From: an uncultured Ignavibacteriales bacterium
GTDB taxonomy: Bacteria > Zixibacteria > MSB-5A5 > GN15 > FEB-12
Direction: 5' to 3'
Length of the DNA stretch: 64,000 nucleotides
NCBI GenBank assembly: GCA_964518635.1
Contig: CAZFGK010000003.1
Location: forward strand, 30,338-94,337
The notes under the pieces were generated by a model, which worked only from the letters and a program-made list of their open reading frames with translations, did no database searches and was not told the DNA's origin. Each line of letters opens with the position of its first letter. Within the stretch, counting starts at the first letter, position 1. Below are positions 1 through 7,442 of the stretch, in pieces. Made by a program: the position numbers and the translations under genes.

Positions 1-994
1 CGCCGGCGGAAGCGATTTTCCCCTGGTTTCTGTCTGAAAGCGGAAGGGGTAGCGATGTCCAGACAAGAAAGGCATTGTCGTCATCATCAAACAATCTTCG
101 GTAGCCTGCTCCGAGGGTCAGGTCCGGTCGAAACGAGACTCTATTACTTTGCAATTCGGCCTCACGTGCATCGCGCTCGAATTCGAGAGCAAGCAAGTCA
201 GGATGAGTGGCCAGCAGGCCTTCGAGTGGTACGGTAACCTTTCGATCCAGCCACCATCGGAGTGAGCCGTCGATGGTATCGGGTAGTGAACTTCCTCCCC
301 AGAGAGAAGCCAGCATCTGACGATTTCGGCTAAAATGAGCAGTCTGAGTTTCAAGCTCGATCTCAGCTTCAAACTCCACTTCACGTGCTCTCAAAAGATC
401 GACTTCAGGAACTGCCCCTTCGGCGAATTTATTTGCCGCGACTTCTCGAATGTTTTTCGCGATTGTAACCCCTTCGCGAGTATTATCGAGATAAAGCTCA
501 CTCGCGACTACTCGGTAGTATGCCACGCTGGCTTGAATGAAAAGGTCGAGCAGCGAAGAATGGTAGCTCTGCTCGTACATTTGTATCTCATGCGCTATTG
601 ACTGCTTGTGTATTGAGCGTTTCCCCCACAGCCCAATCTCCTTTTCGATCCCAATCGTAAGCTCACCAATACCGCTAGTTGAGCTGCGACCGAAATTCGC
701 TACTTCAAGACTTACAGTCGGATTTTGACCCTTGCCTGCCTGTATGAGTTTTCCCTGCGCTGCAATCGACGACGCACGAGCGACAAGCAATTCAGGGTGA
801 TTCATCAACACTCGGTTGACAGCCTCTCGCAAACTGAGACCAGTTGCGTTCATTTCAGATGAATCTACTTCTGAAAGAAGTTCACGAAGGAGAACAGGCC
901 GATCATCAATTTCTGAACCGGAAGACTGTCCGAAAGACATCGATCCGAATATCAGTGGACAAAATGTTACACAGAAGAAAAGAATCATTCGCAT
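1..994 (-). CDS. TolC/CzcC-family outer-membrane efflux protein, N-terminal ~331 aa (gene continues past window start)
   Basis: Not on the ORF track because no stop lies inside the window. Manual minus-strand translation from ATG (complement of 992-994) gives MRMILFFCVTFCPLIFGSMSFGQ (signal) ... LSLREAVNRVLMNHPELLVARASSIAAQGKLIQAGKGQNPT ... TSLPLPLSDRNQGKIASAG. This pattern is typical of heavy-metal RND outer membrane factors. Confidence 0.75.
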   Translation of the reverse strand, partial: MRMILFFCVTFCPLIFGSMSFGQSSGSEIDDRPVLLRELLSEVDSSEMNATGLSLREAVNRVLMNHPELLVARASSIAAQGKLIQAGKGQNPTVSLEVANFGRSSTSGIGELTIGIEKEIGLWGKRSIHKQSIAHEIQMYEQSYHSSLLDLFIQASVAYYRVVASELYLDNTREGVTIAKNIREVAANKFAEGAVPEVDLLRAREVEFEAEIELETQTAHFSRNRQMLASLWGGSSLPDTIDGSLRWWLDRKVTVPLEGLLATHPDLLALEFERDAREAELQSNRVSFRPDLTLGAGYRRLFDDDDNAFLVWTSLPLPLSDRNQGKIASAG

Positions 995-1099
995 GCAGAA
1001 ACTCCACTACAGGTTTTGATCGCCTGCTGCCATGCAGACAACGACAAGCACCCACCTGACCTTGATTGTCAGGCGGACTTATAAAGTGTGTGGAGTGAA

Positions 1100-1519
1100 T
1101 CAGCAGCGAGTTGGGATGGGATTTTCAGCGAACTCAGAAAAGTCTGGAGGAGAAATGAGATGAACTTCGTCCGATTGTCCTATCAAGAATTGATAGTTGG
1201 CAAGAGACGAATGAAATTCTACTTGTGCCAAGAAGGGAAATTCAACCTGTGCGGCCTCTAACCGAGAAGCTGCTCGGCCATACGAATCAAGCAATTGGTC
1301 TTGGCAATCGCCGCAATCTGAATCACGTTCAGCCATCTCGGAAGACTTGACTCCGATCATGCTAATCTCTGCGAGACAACAACCGTCTTGTAGTCGCTCA
1401 ACCGAAACTCGGCCGTCGGATTCCACGCAAACGACCAAACCACCCACTGAAAGAAAGCAGGTAGAAAGGAGTTGAATGAATATAAGGAACCAAGCCATCT
1501 GTTTGCTGTAAGCTTTCAC
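1100..1519 (-). CDS. Small Cys-rich signal-anchored protein of unknown function, directly upstream of the czcC-like gene
   Basis: 139-aa ORF with an N-terminal hydrophobic segment (WFLIFIQLLSTCFLSVGGLVV), then VVCVESDGRVSVE, DGCC and DCGDCQD. Same strand as the OMF gene, 105-nt gap. Confidence 0.5.
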   Translation of the reverse strand: MKAYSKQMAWFLIFIQLLSTCFLSVGGLVVCVESDGRVSVERLQDGCCLAEISMIGVKSSEMAERDSDCGDCQDQLLDSYGRAASRLEAAQVEFPFLAQVEFHSSLANYQFLIGQSDEVHLISPPDFSEFAENPIPTRC

Positions 1520-1687
1520 ATCTCAAGTATCGGATAGTTTCAGCAATAAGTAAAGCGGTGCGCAAAACGACAGTCTATCCAGCGTAATGAAGTCCTTGCC
1601 GTTCAATGACTTCTTCTGTGATATGAACAGCCCCGCTATCATTTGAATTTGATCCCTTTGACCGACTAAGCGGCCTGATTTTTTACC

Positions 1688-1719
1688 ACCCAGTTGCGGA
1701 ACTCGTCTCTCCGACCCCG
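1688..1719 (+). repeat. 32-nt direct repeat, copy A (acccagttgcggaactcgtctctccgaccccg)
   Basis: 30/32 identical to copy B at 3349-3380, in the same orientation. Both copies are intergenic. Confidence 0.85.
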
Positions 1720-1757
1720 TTTTTTTCTCAAATTGGTCAGCTCATACCAACCATTCA

Positions 1758-2222
1758 TTGGCTATATTATCTATGAAGAAAGAGAAGCCCACATTGTGGC
1801 TCAGTTTGCAAAGGACTGCCGACACGCATCTGCTTACGGGCTTTGGTCAAGGTGATGGTTGTCGTTGTATGTCATTAAGAATCGTTTCAACGAAATTGCA
1901 GGATGTTATCCGAAGCTATCTGAAGTTAGTGATTGTCGGATTGTTTCTCTTTCCTTCAGTCAGCGGCATCACAGAAAACATAAATCAACATGGATCGTTA
2001 TCTTCATCACGTGTCGACGCTGATCTGGAAGCAAAACTCCGCTCTTCGTCTCCGTTTGACACGGTCACCGTCGACCTAAGTGTCTTTGGGGGTATCGAAG
2101 CGGCCGAGCTGAACAGGATTCTCGACTCCACTTGCACCACTCTTTCCCAACGGCGTCAAAGCGGTGTCCTGATCTTACAGGAAAGAGCGAATAAGTCGCT
2201 TCACTATGAGCAAGTGTTGTGA
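1758..2222 (+). CDS. Hypothetical protein (one predicted TM segment)
   Basis: 154-aa ORF with a TTG start; an alternative ATG lies at 1773 (MKKEKPTLW). No recognisable motif. It sits 72 nt upstream of the permease on the same strand. Confidence 0.3.
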   Translation: MAILSMKKEKPTLWLSLQRTADTHLLTGFGQGDGCRCMSLRIVSTKLQDVIRSYLKLVIVGLFLFPSVSGITENINQHGSLSSSRVDADLEAKLRSSSPFDTVTVDLSVFGGIEAAELNRILDSTCTTLSQRRQSGVLILQERANKSLHYEQVL

Positions 2223-2294
2223 CTAACGCTCTTGCCGCTTTGGATTTATGACTCTTGATCATGTATTCTATCGAAGAATAGGCTTAGCTAGAGA

Positions 2295-3245
2295 GTGCAC
2301 TACTTTACTTTATTTCTGATCGCTCTTGCTTCATTGTTATCAGAAGTCTGGCTTTGGCTGGTGGTAGGATTTCTAATGGCGGGAGTAGTCATAGAATTTG
2401 TGCCGAAAAAAACTGTTGTTAGACATTTTGGTGACAACACGTTCAAGGGGCTTATCAAAGCATCAATAGCCGGGCTTATTGCCTCGACGTGTTCGTGTGG
2501 AGCGATTCCTATGGCAGTCTCACTCCGTCAAAAAGGAGCGAGTACTGCAGTTGCACTTACGTTTTTGTTGGCAACGCCCTGGTCGGGAATACCTCAATTT
2601 CTAGTCTTGAGCAGGTTCTTGGGTGTCGTGAACACAATCGTGATCACGGGATCGGCTTTGTCGGCTTCTTTGATCACGGGAATGGTTTTATCAAGACTGG
2701 AACGACGCAAGCTGATTGAAGGACCGCACGTATCGGCCGTCTTGTGTTGTGGTTGCTCATGCGTTTCTGGAGACAATTGCAACTGTGATGAAAAACATGG
2801 AAAACCATCAGGCAATCGACTCTGGCGGGTGCTTGTCGGGGCGTGGGATAGTTTTCTTGATATCGGTAAGTTCATGGTCATTGGACTTGTTCTTTCTGCC
2901 GCACTTTTGGCATTTGTGCCACACGACATCGTCGGAAAAGTCCTTGGAAGTGGTAACTCTTCGCTGGCAATTCTTCTGGCCGTACCTGTGAGCGCTGTGA
3001 TCGAACTATGCTCTGAAGGATTTAGCATTCTCGCCGGTCAACTTTACGTGATGGGAGCCAGTTTGGGGGTTGTGTTCGTTATGATTATGGTTGGCGTAAC
3101 TACTGACATGACTGAGATATCTATCGTGTGGGGAAAATTCGGCAAGCGGTCAGCGGTTGCATATCTGCTTTGTGCGACCTCTGTGGCGATTGTTATCGCC
3201 TACTTTCTAAACCTTGTTCAGTCGATAATCCAGAGCCACACGTGA
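2295..3245 (+). CDS. Predicted permease of the COG0701/ArsP-like family with a Cys-rich central loop
   Basis: 316 aa, GTG start, polytopic. It has a TCSCGAIP motif in the first half and a second pseudo-repeat half (ELCSEGF). The loop CCGCSCVSGDNCNCDEKH contains six Cys. Confidence 0.65.
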   Translation: MHYFTLFLIALASLLSEVWLWLVVGFLMAGVVIEFVPKKTVVRHFGDNTFKGLIKASIAGLIASTCSCGAIPMAVSLRQKGASTAVALTFLLATPWSGIPQFLVLSRFLGVVNTIVITGSALSASLITGMVLSRLERRKLIEGPHVSAVLCCGCSCVSGDNCNCDEKHGKPSGNRLWRVLVGAWDSFLDIGKFMVIGLVLSAALLAFVPHDIVGKVLGSGNSSLAILLAVPVSAVIELCSEGFSILAGQLYVMGASLGVVFVMIMVGVTTDMTEISIVWGKFGKRSAVAYLLCATSVAIVIAYFLNLVQSIIQSHT

Positions 3246-3348
3246 TGCTAGCGTACGTTCTCGCATTGAGTTACAAGGATTGGCACACTAACTGAATCGA
3301 GCAGGGGAACTTGCTCGAACCCGCCTTCATGCCGCTGCTCCACTAATA

Positions 3349-3380
3349 ACCCAGTTGCGAAACTCGTCTCTACGACCCCG
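3349..3380 (+). repeat. 32-nt direct repeat, copy B (acccagttgcgaaactcgtctctacgaccccg)
   Basis: 30/32 identical to copy A at 1688-1719. It lies between the permease stop and the integrase stop. Confidence 0.85.
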
Positions 3381-3451
3381 CTCCATGGAAAAAACCGGCG
3401 TGTTGCCCGAGTCTATGCGGCATTCACGAAATGCTCTATCAGGTAACCAAA

Positions 3452-3489
3452 GGTTCTACTCTTGTCCGCTTCGGGGAACCATTTTTTTT
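3452..3489 (+). terminator. Possible intrinsic terminator of the permease transcript
   Basis: Imperfect hairpin ggttc...gaacc (3452-3480) followed by an 8-T run (3482-3489). The stem is weak. Confidence 0.35.
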
Positions 3490-3526
3490 GCAGTATCAAA
3501 TTCCTGAATGATGCATTGGCCTCGAC

Positions 3527-4453
3527 TCAAATGCGAAGCCCAGCCGCTGGACTATATTTTTCGTACGCTACGTTGAGGTCATCTGTCGAAAGATGCACGT
3601 ACCGTTGCGTTACTGTAAGAGACGAGTGTCCGAGTATCTTCTGTAAAACTGCGGGATTCCCACCCATGCGAATGAACTGCGACGCGCTACTGTGTCTGAC
3701 GAGATGCGGGTGTAAGTAAATCCCTACTCGTTTGCCAGCTATCGAGAAGATGCGATGCCCTCGCCGTGGATCAATTTTGCCGCCTGTTCGATTGGCAAAG
3801 AGCAACTCAGCCTTGTTCCCTGCCCGGTACTTGAGAATGTAGGTATGAATTGCTTTTGCGGTACGGTCTGATATCGGCGCAATTCGTTCTTTCCTGCCTT
3901 TGCCGAACACTTTGACCAAACGTGAGCGGAGATCAACATCTTCAATTTTGAGACTCAAAAGTTCGTTCAGGCGCAACATTGCATCATACATTAGGAGAAT
4001 CATGCAATAGGAGCGAGCACCATAGCGCGTGGCGCGATTGAGTCGACTGAGGACGCAGCTCATCTGCTCTTGACTGAGCACTGCTTTAACTTTTTGCTCT
4101 GCTCGTACGAGCGAAATTTTCGCTGTCGGATCGGACTTGATGAGTCCCTCGCTCAATAGATGCTTATAGAACACTTTGAAGACGCGAATGCGTCCATTGA
4201 CAGTCGCGGCGGAGACTGAATCGAGAATACTCATGAGATATGCTTGGAGATCGCGCTGTGTCAGTTCCTGCACTCCCTTGTGAAGATTCGCGCAGTACTT
4301 CACCAAATACGCTAATCGTTCAGCGTAGCATTTGAGCGTTGACGGTGTGAGATTTTTCACACGACAAGCAAATGCAAAACTCTCTAGAAGTTCGCGCCCC
4401 ACTCCAGAAGTGTCGGCGTATTCCGCAACGTTCTTGAATGACCATTGTGTCAT
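3527..4453 (-). CDS. Tyrosine recombinase / phage-type integrase (XerC/XerD-like)
   Basis: C-terminal catalytic motifs LHPHLVRHSSASQFIRMGG and LGHSSLTVTQRYVHL, plus an N-terminal SAM-like core-binding domain. I place the start at ATG 4453 (MTQWSF), which has GGAGG 7 nt upstream; the ORF track extends it to 4471. Confidence 0.9.
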   Translation of the reverse strand: MTQWSFKNVAEYADTSGVGRELLESFAFACRVKNLTPSTLKCYAERLAYLVKYCANLHKGVQELTQRDLQAYLMSILDSVSAATVNGRIRVFKVFYKHLLSEGLIKSDPTAKISLVRAEQKVKAVLSQEQMSCVLSRLNRATRYGARSYCMILLMYDAMLRLNELLSLKIEDVDLRSRLVKVFGKGRKERIAPISDRTAKAIHTYILKYRAGNKAELLFANRTGGKIDPRRGHRIFSIAGKRVGIYLHPHLVRHSSASQFIRMGGNPAVLQKILGHSSLTVTQRYVHLSTDDLNVAYEKYSPAAGLRI

Positions 4454-4567
4454 CAGGTGGCCTCCATGCACTCAATTTGGTCAATTACCTGACCGGTTTT
4501 GGCACTTGTGGCACCTGATAACTTGTTGAACTGGAATTACTTAGCGAAGTTATTGTCCGATTAAATG

Positions 4568-4640
4568 CTCCCCCGGCAGGACTCGAACCTGCGACCCGCT
4601 GATTAACAGTCAGCTGCTCTACCGGCTGAGCTACAGGGGA
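4568..4640 (-). tRNA. tRNA-Asn (anticodon GUU)
   Basis: Hand-folded 73-nt cloverleaf: acceptor UCCCCUG/CGGGGGA, D arm GCUC-AGCCGGUA-GAGC, anticodon arm GCUGA-CUGUUAA-UCAGC, T arm GCAGG-UUCGAGU-CCUGC, discriminator G. CCA is not encoded. Confidence 0.92.
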
Positions 4641-4974
4641 GTGTAGAATTGGCGATTGGCTGCGCCAGACGGCTGTCTGTCACAGAGTCGGTAAAATAGC
4701 CCAAGAGCTTCACCTGTCAACGGGCATTTCTTCCCTCCTCCCGATTCCCTGCTCCACTCTCGCTCTCCTTTCCTAATCCCTTGTCATTCAATCGAAAAGT
4801 TGCCTCCACAAATCCAAATGCGGTGGGTTCGGCTGAGAAGACAACCCACCCCCGACTCGCCAAAGGTGAAAGCTTGCTAACGCCCGCCGCAAATTCGGAA
4901 CAAATCGGAAAAGGGACTCGTAGAACCAGACAGTTACCATTGCCCCATTCAATTGAATGGAAAGGAGCCAAACT

Positions 4975-6060
4975 ATGACTGCCCGATCTGCTTTACGCAC
5001 CCTTACCCTTCCCGTCGCCACTTTCGCCCTGCTCGGCTTCGTCCTGCTCGGGGACAGCCCCTCCGCCAAGCCGAAACGGCATTCCAATTGGGGGGATGTC
5101 TATCTCGGGGTCTATACCCAGTCGGTCGACAAGGAGTTGGCCACTACGTTCAAGCTCTCCGTAGATCGCGGAGCTATTGTCAATGAAGTCGAACCGGATT
5201 CCCCAGCCGACAAGGCCGGAATCAAAGAGGATGATGTCATCACCTCTATCAATGGCCATGAAATCTATGATGAGGATGACCTTGTTGACGAAATCCAGGC
5301 ATTCGATGTCGGTGATCGGGTCAAAGTGACGCTTGTTCGTGACGGGAAGACGATGACGGTCGATGCCGAACTAGATGAACGTGCAGAGAATGAATCGATC
5401 AATCGCTCACTTCGTGGGCTCGCTCGCCTGGATGAACTTCGCGCATTGCAACATCCGAATATCGGTACCCCGGGTGGACATGCTCCGCGCGCCTACGCAT
5501 GGAGCGGAGACCAACTTCGTGAACTGGAAATGCCCGGCTACATTGGAATTTCCTATTCAGACCTCACCGACCAGCTTGCCACTCATTTTGGTATCAACGG
5601 AGACGGGGCGATGGTGACCGAAGTGCATGAAAAGACCCCCGCTGAAAAAGCCGGACTCAAGGCAGGCGACATTATTACCAAGGTTGATGATGCCTCAATC
5701 TCCTCCCGGAATTCCCTCTCTGAACTAATTAGCGATTTCCACGTTGGGGATACGGCAAAATTGACGGTCGTACGGGACAAGAAGACGATGACACTTCCGG
5801 TGATTGTCGATGAACGGGATGACGGACTCTTTGGCTATTCTTCCGGCTCCCTTCGTAACACGTTGCGTGGGTCGGCCCGTCAGATGGATAAGACGAAGCG
5901 GGAACTTGATGCCGCACTCCGAGCGCAGGAGCGGACGCGCGGACTTCGCCACGGTGACGATGCCGGTATCTTCGACTCTGAGGAATACAAAGCAGAGATG
6001 GATGCGCTTAAGCGTGAGCTGGAACTGCTTCGCGAAGAGCTGAAATCGATGCGGAAATAG
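4975..6060 (+). CDS. Exported tandem-PDZ protein without a protease domain, C-terminal coiled coil
   Basis: Start placed at ATG 4975 (AAAGGAG upstream). Signal peptide MTARSALRTLTLPVATFALLGFVLLG. Two DegP-type PDZ domains (SPADKAGIKEDDVITSING and TPAEKAGLKAGDIITKVD). The charged tail is EYKAEMDALKRELELLREELKSMRK. Confidence 0.8.
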   Translation: MTARSALRTLTLPVATFALLGFVLLGDSPSAKPKRHSNWGDVYLGVYTQSVDKELATTFKLSVDRGAIVNEVEPDSPADKAGIKEDDVITSINGHEIYDEDDLVDEIQAFDVGDRVKVTLVRDGKTMTVDAELDERAENESINRSLRGLARLDELRALQHPNIGTPGGHAPRAYAWSGDQLRELEMPGYIGISYSDLTDQLATHFGINGDGAMVTEVHEKTPAEKAGLKAGDIITKVDDASISSRNSLSELISDFHVGDTAKLTVVRDKKTMTLPVIVDERDDGLFGYSSGSLRNTLRGSARQMDKTKRELDAALRAQERTRGLRHGDDAGIFDSEEYKAEMDALKRELELLREELKSMRK

Positions 6061-6096
6061 CACTACAAATTCTTCTTCGTTAGGCATTGAATAAGG

Positions 6097-6133
6097 AAAC
6101 GGGACAGCAGATGCTGCCCCGTTTTCTTCTTTC
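6097..6133 (+). terminator. Rho-independent terminator after the PDZ gene
   Basis: aaacgggacagc-agat-gctgccccgttt forms an 11-bp stem with one mismatch, followed by a T-rich tail (ttcttctttc). Confidence 0.75.
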
Positions 6134-6212
6134 GGGGGGAAGAGATCATCTGTTCTGAGATCGGGGGGTTGAAGATTGCGGGGGTGATGATCTGAGTGTA
6201 TATCAGAGCCGC

Positions 6213-7184
6213 ATGCCGAATATATCAGTTGAACAGCTCTATCTCTCTCGCATCAAGGATCTTGAACTGACGCTGTTGTCCTCCCCGGCCAGCGGGATGC
6301 AAAGGCAGATCACTAATCCGGAACTACATCGCCCCGGGCTTGCCCTTGCCGGTTTCTTCGAACGATTCCCCAAGAAGCGGATTCAGATATTCGGTGAGAC
6401 TGAGATTCATTATCTCAATACCCTTTCGCCAGAGCAGCTCCTGATCATCGCAGAGAAGTATCTGGGGAGCGATATTCCACTGGTCTTCATCTCCAAATCG
6501 ATCACCCCGCCGCTCCCCTTTCTTGCTGCGGCGGAACGTCATGGGGTAGTAGTGATCTCCAGTCGGCTGACTACGACCAACCTCCAGGATCGACTCGGAA
6601 AGTTCCTCGATCATCATTTTGCCCCAGTGACAAATGTGCATGGGACTCTTGTTGATGTCTACGGAGTCGGCTTGCTCTATACCGGGAAATCGGGGATCGG
6701 AAAGTCGGAGGTCGCCCTTGATCTTGTCGAGCGTGGGCATCGCCTGGTTGCGGATGATGTCGTCAAGATCACCCGAACTGCCCCGGACGTGATCATCGGG
6801 ACCGGATCGGAGCTTTTGGGGCATCATATGGAGATCCGGGGGGTGGGGATCATCGATGTCGAGGCCCTCTTTGGTATTCGCGCGGTTCGACTGCAAAAGC
6901 GTATCGAAGTCGAGGTACACCTGACCATCTGGGATGAGGCGACCGACTACGAGCGACTTGGTTTGGAAGAGAGTCTGACTACGGTGCTGGGGGTGCAAAT
7001 TCCGATCTTGCATGTTCCGATCCAACCGGGGAAGAATATCACCGTCATCTCCGAAGTTATCGCCATGAATCATATGTTGAAAGTCTATGGTCAGAATTCG
7101 GCGGTTGAGTTCTCCCGACGCCTGACCGAACGGCTGAGCCGTCAGACTAATGTGGCCGCCTACCTCGAATCTGATACCGAATAG
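6213..7184 (+). CDS. hprK: HPr kinase/phosphorylase
   Basis: 323 aa, full-length form. Walker A GKSGIGKSEVALDLVERGHRLVADDVV and the signature HMEIRGVGIIDV. Confidence 0.9.
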   Translation: MPNISVEQLYLSRIKDLELTLLSSPASGMQRQITNPELHRPGLALAGFFERFPKKRIQIFGETEIHYLNTLSPEQLLIIAEKYLGSDIPLVFISKSITPPLPFLAAAERHGVVVISSRLTTTNLQDRLGKFLDHHFAPVTNVHGTLVDVYGVGLLYTGKSGIGKSEVALDLVERGHRLVADDVVKITRTAPDVIIGTGSELLGHHMEIRGVGIIDVEALFGIRAVRLQKRIEVEVHLTIWDEATDYERLGLEESLTTVLGVQIPILHVPIQPGKNITVISEVIAMNHMLKVYGQNSAVEFSRRLTERLSRQTNVAAYLESDTE

Positions 7185-7442
7185 CCGAAAAATCGGCCTA
7201 TTCCGGCTCGTTCGTCTTCCCACTTGCCGCCACGTTCTGCGGGTGTATCTTTATGGTTTGCATCAAAATAGAAGATGGCCGCGCGGTTTTGCCGCCAGCC
7301 CGGAACCCGCCCCGCTGTGCGGCATACAAGAGATGCTATGATTCTGAGTTCTATCCTGCGCGATACCTTTTTGGGCCGTATCGGAAAACATTCCGCCCGT
7401 TCATTCCAGCGATCGATATCACAGTCGAACCGCAATTTTTGG

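Larger units (their letters stand above)
1688..4567. mobile_element. Putative integrated islet or remnant at the 3' end of tRNA-Asn (left boundary uncertain, may extend past the window start)
   Basis: The integrase lies 114 nt from the tRNA 3' end. 32-nt direct repeats bracket the cargo genes. Neighbouring genes relate to metal efflux. Confidence 0.35.

Noticed and set aside
3301-3327. gcagg...ctcgaaccYgc, resembling the tRNA-Asn T-arm, as the far att site of an integrase-only islet
   Set aside because: The match is only an 8-mer plus a 5-mer and needs a 7-nt insertion. That is within chance expectation for a 4.5-kb search, so it is not reported as a feature.
1688-3380. Interpretation of the 32-nt repeats as integron attC sites and the recombinase as IntI
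   Set aside because: The repeats lack the R''-L''/L'-R' imperfect palindrome and the GTTRRRY core. The bracketed unit holds two genes. The cassettes would lie downstream of the recombinase rather than divergent from it. The recombinase shows no obvious IntI-specific insertion. An att or recombination-site role is kept only as a hypothesis.
4500-4520. Two TGGCAC motifs (ttttggcacttgtggcacctg) upstream of the integrase as a sigma-54 promoter
   Set aside because: Neither copy is followed by TTGC at the required N5 spacing.
6324-7223. 299-aa ORF antisense to hprK
   Set aside because: It mirrors a gene with unambiguous HprK motifs. Its own translation is Arg/Pro/Gly-rich and has no motifs. It is a typical shadow ORF.
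7275-7442. Long N-terminal extensions on ORF-track calls (7275, 9019, 49418, 50506, 55606, 34608, 22940, 21191)
   Set aside because: In each case an internal ATG is preceded by an SD-like sequence. That start gives a proper signal peptide or the conserved N-terminus and removes overlap with the upstream gene. The extensions are artefacts of choosing the longest ORF.
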